Origin: Promethearchaeota archaeon | Lineage (GTDB): Archaea; Asgardarchaeota; Lokiarchaeia; Sigyniarchaeales; SOKP01 | DNA: 22,285 nt | Reading direction: 5' to 3' | NCBI GenBank assembly: GCA_016839745.1 | Contig: JAEOTS010000187.1 | Coordinates: forward strand, 1-22,285 | Part shown: positions 14,831-22,285 of the stretch, piece by piece | How the letters are laid out: the number at the start of each line of letters is the position of its first letter | Position numbering within the stretch: the first letter of the stretch is position 1 | Made by a program: the position numbers and the translations under genes | Notes under the pieces: generated by a model | What the model saw: only the letters and a program-made list of their open reading frames with translations | Told to the model about the DNA's origin: nothing | The model's database searches: none

Positions 14831-15538
14831 TTGCGTAAAATTATGAGACAACTTAAAGCAATCTTATTCGACTTAGATGGAACCTTAATAGATGTGGATT
14901 TAAACCAATTCGTTCCAGGATATTTAAAATTATTAGCGAAGAATGTAGCTCACTTAATCCCTCCTAAAAAGATGGTTCCAGCCATTATAAAAGCGTCTGA
15001 ATTCGTAAATAGAAACAACGGTAAAAAATCAAATGAGGAAGTGTTTTTAAACGCTTTTTTTCCTGTTGAAGGCTATGAAAAGGACCAGATCCAACCACTC
15101 TTTGATAAATTTTACGAGGAGGACTATAAGGAATTACAGAAATTTACAAAAAAGAAATCGGAAGCACGAAAAGTCGTTCAAACCGCTTTTGACAAAGATT
15201 ATAAGGTTGTAATTGCAACAACTCCCGTTTTTCCTCTAACTGCTATAGAGCAACGCCTTGATTGGGGCGGAATTGCTGATTTTCCATACGATCTCATAAC
15301 CAGTATTGAAAACTCATGTGCTACTAAACCAAATCTCCTTTATTATCAATTGATATTTAAATATCTCAATCTATCTGCCAAAGAATGCATTATGGTAGGG
15401 GACGAAGATAAGGATATGGTATGTGCCAATTTAGGCTCGCAAACCTTCTTAGTAAACAGTTCAAATACAAAACTGAGCACTGAAACTCCTGAACCAACAT
15501 TTAGTGGAGATTTGAAAGATTTAATCGATGTTCTATGA
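14831..15538 (+). CDS. HAD-superfamily hydrolase
   Basis: LFDLDGTL (motif I), IATTP, KP and MVGDEDKD (motif IV). The likely start is the ATG at 14843. Confidence 0.92.
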   Translation: MRKIMRQLKAILFDLDGTLIDVDLNQFVPGYLKLLAKNVAHLIPPKKMVPAIIKASEFVNRNNGKKSNEEVFLNAFFPVEGYEKDQIQPLFDKFYEEDYKELQKFTKKKSEARKVVQTAFDKDYKVVIATTPVFPLTAIEQRLDWGGIADFPYDLITSIENSCATKPNLLYYQLIFKYLNLSAKECIMVGDEDKDMVCANLGSQTFLVNSSNTKLSTETPEPTFSGDLKDLIDVL

Positions 15539-15568
15539 TCATTTTTATTAAAAAAGAGGTATAAAGAC

Positions 15569-16510
15569 ATGAAAGGAGATCAACACAAGCAGATAACAAT
15601 AGATAACTTGGTTTATAGAAAATTAACAAAGGATAATATTCAGAGCATATATCAGTTATTTGAGACTAATTCCCGCTTTTTTTCATTACCTTTTGATTAT
15701 TTTCAGAGAGGAACTTTAGAAGACGATGGTTTTGATCCGACTCTGTCCTTGATCTTATTTAACCCAGTTACTAGTAAGCCGATCGCCGCTTTTATAGTTG
15801 TGAAGAGAAACGAAATAAGTGAAAGCTATTGTTTCTTTAAGGGATGCGTAGTTGATGAACAATACAGGCGACAGGGACTTGGTTCAAAGATGTTTTACGA
15901 ACTTTTAAAACGAGCTAAAGAGAAAGAGTTAACTCAAATAATTTATGGTCCCAGTGTGCCCGAATATTGGCAACCCGGTGTAGACATACGCGACACGAGC
16001 TTATATTTCTTCTTAAAAAAGCATGGATTTAAAACCCAAAAGGCTATATTTAATCTCACCGTTTCTCTGGACATCATTAAAAGAGAACCTCTAACGAAAA
16101 AAGATGGATACAAATATGGACGCGTTCAACCCGATGATTTTGATAAAACTCATGATTTTGTAAAACAACATTTTCCTGATGGTACCTGGCCTGAAGAAGT
16201 CAAATTTTCGTTTAAACTTCATCCACCAACAACTTATATAGCAAAAGATTCGAATAATGAGATTGTTGGTTGGGCTACTCATAGTCTGTTTTTTCCCGGC
16301 TCGTTTGGACCAACGGGAGTTGTGGAGTCGTTACGTGGAAAGGGAATTGGAACCGAACTATTCTTATGGTGCTTATGGGACATTAAACAAAATGGATTAG
16401 ATACATGTGAAATTATGTGGGTAGATGGAGATGCTATTAAATTTTACTCTAAAGTAGTTGGAGCTTATATTTCACCTATTTTCTATCCCATGTATAAAAA
16501 AATTAAATAG
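15569..16510 (+). CDS. Tandem-domain GNAT family N-acetyltransferase
   Basis: Two acetyl-CoA motif A copies (VDEQYRRQGLGSKM and VVESLRGKGIGTEL), plus FFLKKHGF and AIKFYSKV. Preceded by the GAGGT Shine-Dalgarno-like site. Confidence 0.9.
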   Translation: MKGDQHKQITIDNLVYRKLTKDNIQSIYQLFETNSRFFSLPFDYFQRGTLEDDGFDPTLSLILFNPVTSKPIAAFIVVKRNEISESYCFFKGCVVDEQYRRQGLGSKMFYELLKRAKEKELTQIIYGPSVPEYWQPGVDIRDTSLYFFLKKHGFKTQKAIFNLTVSLDIIKREPLTKKDGYKYGRVQPDDFDKTHDFVKQHFPDGTWPEEVKFSFKLHPPTTYIAKDSNNEIVGWATHSLFFPGSFGPTGVVESLRGKGIGTELFLWCLWDIKQNGLDTCEIMWVDGDAIKFYSKVVGAYISPIFYPMYKKIK

Positions 16511-16543
16511 AATTTTTGATATAATCCGACTATCTTTTCTTTA

Positions 16544-17785
16544 TTAAATTCGGAGTGCATGAAATAGAGTTGGGATAAGTTTCATACTATTCTTAATACC
16601 TAGCAATTTTGCTAGTTTCCATTTACGAGACATCATAACCTCCCAGCTTTGCTTCCTAGTTTCGCTTCCCGTAAATAATGCGATCGTTGATTGCATCATT
16701 TCTGGATCGTCTTGAGCCATGGAATAGGACGCTTCGATAATTCGTTCTAAGAGACCACTGTGATACAAAAGGTGATGAAATTTATAGGAATATCTCAAAT
16801 CCTCTTCGTAAAGATGTTCTAATAGAAGCTCGCTGTATCTAGCAAGACTAGATTCTCCAAAATCCTCTTTTTCAAGTGCTTGAAGAAAAGCTTCAGCTGC
16901 GAGCTTACCAGATAATCTTGCTTGATAAATACCTTCGTATAAAATAGGATCCGCGGTTCCACAAGCATCTCCGATAACCATAACTCGCTCACGATAAGGT
17001 TTTGTGATCATCCGATCAGGTATAGGAGCTGCCCATATTTTCCGACCTCCAAAAACTTTCATTTCTCTTCCTTCAATCTTCTCCTTTATAAACGGATTCC
17101 TGAGAAAAGCTTTAAAATGAGCCATTTTTACTCCATTCCCTAAAACACCGATACTTAATGTTTGAAGTTTAGGAAACACCCACGCAATCCCGTGATCGAT
17201 TAAATTGCGATCGAAGAATTCCCATACGCGATTACCAAATTGTTCGTCTATAACAGATTCGGGGACGCTAATTTCCGCTTGTATTCCGCCCACCATTGGT
17301 GGAATTGCAAGACCAAGAGTTCTTTGTAGCTGGGCTCCCCCCAATCCGGTTGCGAGGATCACACATTCGCTTTGATATTCTTTTGGACCTAATATCTTAA
17401 CAACCTTGTTATTAACTATCTCGATTCTCTTTACTCGAGATTCATAAATAACTTGGGCACCGGCATCTCGGGCATTATCAAGTAAAAACTTATCGAAATC
17501 AGTTCGAAACATGCAATAACCTTTATTATTTTTTCCAGAAGCTTCGAATTCCATGGCTCCGCTTTGTGGAGTAAATAACACCCCCCCTGTAATTTCTCGA
17601 TCTCCAACTCCTTTGGGAATTGGTGTAAATTCTTCGTTTCTAATAGGAATTCCCCCCGCACAGCATTTATATCTACCTTCTTCGTTAGCTTCAAGCAGAA
17701 GCACATTTACATTATTCTTTGCCGCAATTTTTGCAGCGGTTGCTCCACCTGGACCACCACCGATAATAATCAAGTCATATTTCAT
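16544..17785 (-). CDS. Geranylgeranyl reductase-family FAD-dependent oxidoreductase
   Basis: IIGGGPGGATAA, KCCAGG, RTDFDKFL, AWVFPK, VIGDACG and DPILYEGIYQA. Confidence 0.88.
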   Translation of the reverse strand: MKYDLIIIGGGPGGATAAKIAAKNNVNVLLLEANEEGRYKCCAGGIPIRNEEFTPIPKGVGDREITGGVLFTPQSGAMEFEASGKNNKGYCMFRTDFDKFLLDNARDAGAQVIYESRVKRIEIVNNKVVKILGPKEYQSECVILATGLGGAQLQRTLGLAIPPMVGGIQAEISVPESVIDEQFGNRVWEFFDRNLIDHGIAWVFPKLQTLSIGVLGNGVKMAHFKAFLRNPFIKEKIEGREMKVFGGRKIWAAPIPDRMITKPYRERVMVIGDACGTADPILYEGIYQARLSGKLAAEAFLQALEKEDFGESSLARYSELLLEHLYEEDLRYSYKFHHLLYHSGLLERIIEASYSMAQDDPEMMQSTIALFTGSETRKQSWEVMMSRKWKLAKLLGIKNSMKLIPTLFHALRI

Positions 17786-17924
17786 ATAAATACACTTAAA
17801 AAAAAAAAAGAAATTAATTTATTTTAATATTAAATTTCTTAATTTATTAAAAATGTGGATATTCAAGTATCGATTAATTTACATTAATACATAAAAAAAG
17901 CAGTTTTCAAAAAATGGTAATATC

Positions 17925-20597
17925 ATGAGTAAGAAAGAATTTGGTTCTGGGTATTTTGGAGAATGGGTTGAAGACGAGTTTGATTTGCCTGCTTACCGTT
18001 ATAAATGCGATCAAATCAACGATCCCAAAGCAATAACTCCAATGAATGAAAAATGGCGATCAAATAAAGAACACCTCCATCAAGTTGGGAATGATAGATT
18101 GGTGGGTGTAGCGTCCAACTACGGATATATCCAAGTACGACAGGACGAGGGGAGTCCTAAATATTTAAATGAATTTAATCCCGAACAAGGACAATTTGCT
18201 GGGGGATTTGGATATCTTACAGATGGTGCTAATCATTTAAGTACGTATTATCCAGGTAATGCGGACTCCTTTGAAAGAATTTTTGGGATAGGGTATATCC
18301 GAAAAAAAGTTATTGGACAGGGGTATACCGTTGACCATAATATCTTTGCTCCATTTGGGGATGATCCTGTCTTGGTCTCTCAAGTTAAAATAACTAATAA
18401 TCGAGACACTCCAGTTGATTTACGATGGATAGAGTATTGGGGCTGCCATATGTATCAATTTTCTTCTTCTTCTTTTGCTGCAGTTCTTACAGGCAAGCCC
18501 GGAAAACATCCGAGAGATAATCGTCACGATTTTAGTAATAAATTTAAACATAAGTTTGAAGCGATTCCGAATAGCCTAGGACTTCAGGAAAGTAAATATC
18601 TAGAAGATCAGAAAGAGAGTTACGATCCAACTTACCTTAGACCCACTTTTGTAGATAATTTCCCACCTAAAACCTTTTTAATTTCTTTAGATGCGAAAGC
18701 TGATGCATTAAGTACCAATAGTAAAGTTTTTTTTGGGCAAGGTGGTGTCGAAATACCAGATAATGTGAATCGCAAGTTAAAGAATGATCTGGATTCTATA
18801 GCTGATGAAAGCGCTATGCTTTTGGAGCGAATATTTAAGTTAAAACCCGGAGAAAGTCAGGTTTTATCATTTTTATATGGTTACATTCCTGAGGGATTTG
18901 AATTAGAATCCTTAATTATCAAATACCAACAAAATTATACTAATATATTTGAAGAATCCTGCCAACAGTGGAATAGTAGTAAAATGGAACTCCATATTCA
19001 GGAGGAACCTTGGATCAATCGCGAGCTATTCTGGCACTATTATTATTTACGAGGAGCAATGACTTATGATAACTTTTTTAAAGAACATATACTATCCCAA
19101 GGGCATGTCTATCAATACATAATCGGGTTTCAAGGAGCAGCTAGAGATCCCTTACAACACGCTTTACCTTTTATCTATAGTGACCCAAATATCGTCAAGA
19201 ATATAATCAGATACACTCTAAAAACTGTCAAAAAAAATGGAGAAATACCGTGGGGAATTACAGGAAGTGGTCAAATATTACCCGTCCCAATTAAGCCAAG
19301 TGATCAAGGATTGTGGCTACTTTGGTTAATAAGTGAATATATTCTCGGAACGAGAGATGTTGATATACTCGATGAAGAAATTACAAGATATCCTTGTTAC
19401 GGATCGAGAGTGGAAGTTATAACGGTTAGAGAGATAATTACCCGTTGTTATAATCATATTACAAAAAAAATAGGAACAGGAAAGCACGGGCTTCAGAGAT
19501 TATCTAATGGAGATTGGAACGATAATGTTATCTTTGGACATATTTCACCTGAAAACCACGAAGAGATTAAAAAGCATGGAGAAAGCGTTTTGAATGCATC
19601 CATGGCAAGTTTCGTACTCAAAACTTATTCCGATATGTTGAATTACATTAATGAAAATGAGGCGGCGGAGAGTGTTCTTAACTACTCTAAAACTCAAAAG
19701 GAAGCCGTTCGAGCTCAATGGACCGGAAATTGGGTCAGGCGGGCCTGGCTAACTGAAGCATTAGGATGGATTGGTGATGATCTAATGTGGTTAGAGCCAC
19801 AACCTTGGGCAATAATTGGAAATGCTTTGGAACACGATCAAAAATCAATTTTAGTGAAAAATATTGACGAATTAGTCCGAAAGCCTTCAAAAATTGGTGC
19901 GATGCTTCTGAATAAAGGACTTAAGGTGGATTCTCCATTAGGACAAGGACCAAACGGAGGGATATGGCCATCTATAAACGGTACTTTAATATGGGCATTA
20001 TCTTTAGTAAACAGAGAAATGGGTTGGGATGAATGGAAAAAAAATTCGCTCGCATATCACGCTGAGAATTTTCCAGATGTTTGGTATGGAACTTGGAGTG
20101 GACCAGATGTTTATAACTCAAGCTTGTCAAAATATCCTGGACAGACTGCTTTTGCTGAACCTGTACTCACTAAGAAAGTTGTACCAGCTGATGATGAGGT
20201 GGTTCTTGGGTACGAGACGATTAACTGGACAGACTTTCCAGTTTTTAACTTACATCCTCATGCGTGGCCATTGTATGATGTAACCCGTTTAATAGGGATA
20301 ACTTTTACACCTGAAGGAGTAGAAATAAGACCTACTCTCCCACAAGATAACTACAAGTTCAAATCTACTCTAATTGGATTAGAAAAAACTAAAACTAGCT
20401 ACTCTGGATGGTATAGCCCTGAGAAAGAGGGCATCTGGAAATTATCAGTTGAACTACCGAATAAAGATCTTGAGAATGTTGATTCTATATTAATAAACGG
20501 AAATGGAAGTGAGCTCACTATAATGGGAAATCGAGTTATCTTAACTGGTGTAAATAAGCTTAATAAACCCTTATCATGGGAAATTAAATTAAAATAA
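17925..20597 (+). CDS. GH94-like (cellobiose/chitobiose phosphorylase-related) (alpha/alpha)6-barrel glycoside phosphorylase or hydrolase
   Basis: N-terminal beta-sandwich (VKITNN..VDLRWIEYW), GFQGAARD, SDQGLWL, GKHGL...GDWND (catalytic-acid motif), GESV and NGGIW. No signal peptide. Confidence 0.75.
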   Translation: MSKKEFGSGYFGEWVEDEFDLPAYRYKCDQINDPKAITPMNEKWRSNKEHLHQVGNDRLVGVASNYGYIQVRQDEGSPKYLNEFNPEQGQFAGGFGYLTDGANHLSTYYPGNADSFERIFGIGYIRKKVIGQGYTVDHNIFAPFGDDPVLVSQVKITNNRDTPVDLRWIEYWGCHMYQFSSSSFAAVLTGKPGKHPRDNRHDFSNKFKHKFEAIPNSLGLQESKYLEDQKESYDPTYLRPTFVDNFPPKTFLISLDAKADALSTNSKVFFGQGGVEIPDNVNRKLKNDLDSIADESAMLLERIFKLKPGESQVLSFLYGYIPEGFELESLIIKYQQNYTNIFEESCQQWNSSKMELHIQEEPWINRELFWHYYYLRGAMTYDNFFKEHILSQGHVYQYIIGFQGAARDPLQHALPFIYSDPNIVKNIIRYTLKTVKKNGEIPWGITGSGQILPVPIKPSDQGLWLLWLISEYILGTRDVDILDEEITRYPCYGSRVEVITVREIITRCYNHITKKIGTGKHGLQRLSNGDWNDNVIFGHISPENHEEIKKHGESVLNASMASFVLKTYSDMLNYINENEAAESVLNYSKTQKEAVRAQWTGNWVRRAWLTEALGWIGDDLMWLEPQPWAIIGNALEHDQKSILVKNIDELVRKPSKIGAMLLNKGLKVDSPLGQGPNGGIWPSINGTLIWALSLVNREMGWDEWKKNSLAYHAENFPDVWYGTWSGPDVYNSSLSKYPGQTAFAEPVLTKKVVPADDEVVLGYETINWTDFPVFNLHPHAWPLYDVTRLIGITFTPEGVEIRPTLPQDNYKFKSTLIGLEKTKTSYSGWYSPEKEGIWKLSVELPNKDLENVDSILINGNGSELTIMGNRVILTGVNKLNKPLSWEIKLK

Positions 20598-20616
20598 ATA
20601 CTTAAAATCTCTTTTT

Positions 20617-21798
20617 CTAGTTAGAATCTAAGGGAGGCAAAGGAGGAACTTCAAAATCATTCCAACTTTCTACAATTGGATAATCCCACCAATGATCGGG
20701 AATTTTCGAGTAATCCCCATATTTTTTAAGTCCTTTTGTAAATGCTCTAACATTCTTTAGTGGTGCTTTAATTACTTTTGGTTCATCATAGAAATAAGCC
20801 CCGAATCCCCCATTCCTTGTCCCTAAATTGCGTACCATATGCCAAACTTCACGTTCTACTTCTTCTGGAGTTCCTTTCCAATAAATAGATTGAATATTCA
20901 CGCAACCCCAAAACATTATCTTTCCCCTATATTGTTTCAAATCGTTGTATCCGCTCATTCTTGGACTATCAAATTCTATAGCATCTAAACCACATTCAAT
21001 AAGTACTGGAAGAAGTTTATCTACCTTACCACAGCAATGAAGATGTGTTTCACTTCCAAATTCATGAGCAATGTCAAAAATTTTCTTATAATATGGCAAG
21101 TAGAATTTTTTAAAAAGACGAGGACTGAAGAAAGGACCAGTTTGTTCTCCTAAATCGTCAGCAAATATAATTCCATCGGGATTAAGTCCGAGTTTAAAAG
21201 ATGTTTTTATAGTTTCTACGATAAAATCAGTTACATGTTCTAATAAGCGTTTTAACTCTTCTGGATGCTTAGAATGATCAATTAGGTAATTAGAAAAACC
21301 TCTCATTTCAGAAACTACATGAGAAGGACCTCGCGATCCTATAAGTAACATATTGTAGAATTCATTACTGAATGATTCTTTAAACTGAAACGCAGATTCG
21401 TAGCGACTCTTATCTTCAGGATCTAAAGTATATTGCTCGATATATTCATCAATATTTTTTAAATCTGGTAAAGAAGGTCTCCCGGGATGTCCCATATTCC
21501 TATCTTTTCCTTTCATATCCCAGATACATCCCCATTCATCCACTTCTTCATGTGGAATCTTTTTCCAATTCCCGTCTATAAATTCTGGGCGTTCTTTAAC
21601 CCAATCGGGTTCATTCCAATTATTAGGGCTCATACCATGAGGAAATAATCCGATTTCATTGTCTATGTGACCCGGATTCCAATGTTTTGAGTAAGTTAAA
21701 GGTAAAGGAACAACATCTCCTTTCGTAAAATTATAAATAGGCACTTTATCTGGATTATTAAAGTGTATTGCTGCTTTTACTCGTTCTTTCGGATTCAT
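20617..21798 (-). CDS. Uroporphyrinogen decarboxylase / methylcobamide:CoM methyltransferase (MtaA-like) family protein
   Basis: MNPKERVKAAI..PDKVP start, DEWGCIW, MRGF, FADDLG.Q.GPFFSP, HLHCCG, GLDAI and GTPEEV. Confidence 0.85.
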   Translation of the reverse strand: MNPKERVKAAIHFNNPDKVPIYNFTKGDVVPLPLTYSKHWNPGHIDNEIGLFPHGMSPNNWNEPDWVKERPEFIDGNWKKIPHEEVDEWGCIWDMKGKDRNMGHPGRPSLPDLKNIDEYIEQYTLDPEDKSRYESAFQFKESFSNEFYNMLLIGSRGPSHVVSEMRGFSNYLIDHSKHPEELKRLLEHVTDFIVETIKTSFKLGLNPDGIIFADDLGEQTGPFFSPRLFKKFYLPYYKKIFDIAHEFGSETHLHCCGKVDKLLPVLIECGLDAIEFDSPRMSGYNDLKQYRGKIMFWGCVNIQSIYWKGTPEEVEREVWHMVRNLGTRNGGFGAYFYDEPKVIKAPLKNVRAFTKGLKKYGDYSKIPDHWWDYPIVESWNDFEVPPLPPLDSN

Positions 21799-21937
21799 AA
21801 TAAAATATTTTAATTTAAATGAGGTTAGGAGAAATTAATTTATATTTATTTTAGAAACTTTTTATATTAAAAAAAGTCAGTGGTGATAATGAAATATGGG
21901 ATGAAAATCGTGTGAGTTAAGAAAAGTTAAATGTTTA

Positions 21938-22069
21938 TTATAAATTAGTTTCTTTAGTTTCTCCCAGTTCTTCTTTAAACTCTTGAGGGGCATTTTTGTC
22001 GATTTTCGATTTTACACAATCTTCGCAGTACGTTAACCAAACATCTTTTTCGGAGTTTTTACCATCCAT
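21938..22069 (-). CDS. Small 43-aa CxxC peptide (hypothetical)
   Basis: Not in the ORF track. Reads MDGKNSEKDVWLTYCEDCVKSKIDKNAPQEFKEELGETKETNL*, and is more GC-rich and codon-like than its flanks. Confidence 0.5.
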   Translation of the reverse strand: MDGKNSEKDVWLTYCEDCVKSKIDKNAPQEFKEELGETKETNL

Positions 22070-22225
22070 GTTAGCTCAACAAGTTAAGTATTAAAACTCA
22101 TGATAAAAATGTTATTAATTCATTTTAAAGTTTATTAAATTCCATCTATTTTTACATTAGAGTAGAACAATTTCTAAATATAGAAATCAATAAAAATATT
22201 TTACTTTTTAGAGGGGGTGGGGTGA

Positions 22226-22285
22226 TTGAAATTAAAAATAAAAAATCGCAAAATTAATTCTCAAAGGTATCACCAAATGATTATA
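22226..22285 (+). CDS. Possible 5' end of a gene running off the window
   Basis: The G-rich SD-like sequence GAGGGGGTGGGGTGA directly precedes a TTG at 22226. The frame stays open to the window end (MKLKIKNRKINSQRYHQMII). Confidence 0.3.
   Translation, partial: MKLKIKNRKINSQRYHQMII

Noticed and set aside
17798-17809. A12 homopolymer upstream of the GGR-family gene as a phase-variation tract
   Set aside because: It is intergenic in an AT-rich genome where such runs are common, and no length variation can be seen from a single sequence.
1923-20283. Short ORFs in the track that overlap larger genes (1923..2234, 6119..6310, 6162..6350, 6840..7055, 7875..8069, 8199..8408, 9113..9316, 9277..9480, 9835..10149, 10834..11055, 12997..13188, 13636..13890, 15346..15570, 16091..16282, 17431..17706, 17553..17789, 20029..20283)
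   Set aside because: They are antisense or alternate-frame shadows of well-supported CDSs and have no recognisable motifs.
22211-22224. G-rich run GAGGGGGTGGGGTG as a G-quadruplex
   Set aside because: It has only two long G tracts and is more simply a Shine-Dalgarno-like sequence before a TTG.
1-22285. CRISPR array, tRNA/rRNA genes, transposases, integrases or defence systems
   Set aside because: No regularly spaced repeats, no GC-rich structured RNA islands and no mobile-element or defence motifs were seen.

Overview
AT-rich archaeal chromosomal window, most likely from an Asgard (Lokiarchaeia/Promethearchaeia-like) genome. This is an inference from the archaeal/eukaryotic-type uL16 (L10e), TATA-box promoters, and the MglA-type GTPase, arrestin-fold and PCI-like proteins. 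It holds about 20 complete CDSs, a truncated CPBP protease at the left edge, a small CxxC ORF missing from the track, and a possible gene start at the right edge. Main contents: (i) a B12-dependent acyl-CoA mutase operon (large subunit, B12-binding subunit, MeaB) whose specificity residues are Phe/Gln, as in isobutyryl-CoA mutases, rather than Tyr/Arg; (ii) an MSMEG_0568/NitD-like radical SAM protein; (iii) uL16; (iv) an ADP-forming acyl-CoA synthetase alpha-like protein that appears to lack its phosphohistidine loop; (v) a 2.8-kb patch of eukaryote-like proteins, namely a mini PCI-like protein, an MglA-type small GTPase and a convergent three-domain arrestin/Vps26-fold protein, which is the most interesting part of the window; (vi) metabolic genes (Gfo/Idh/MocA, SMP-30, Nfu, HAD, tandem GNAT, GGR-family, GH94-like, UroD/MtaA-like). 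No rRNA, tRNA, CRISPR array or mobile element was recognised. All family calls come from motif recognition by eye; no database search was run.
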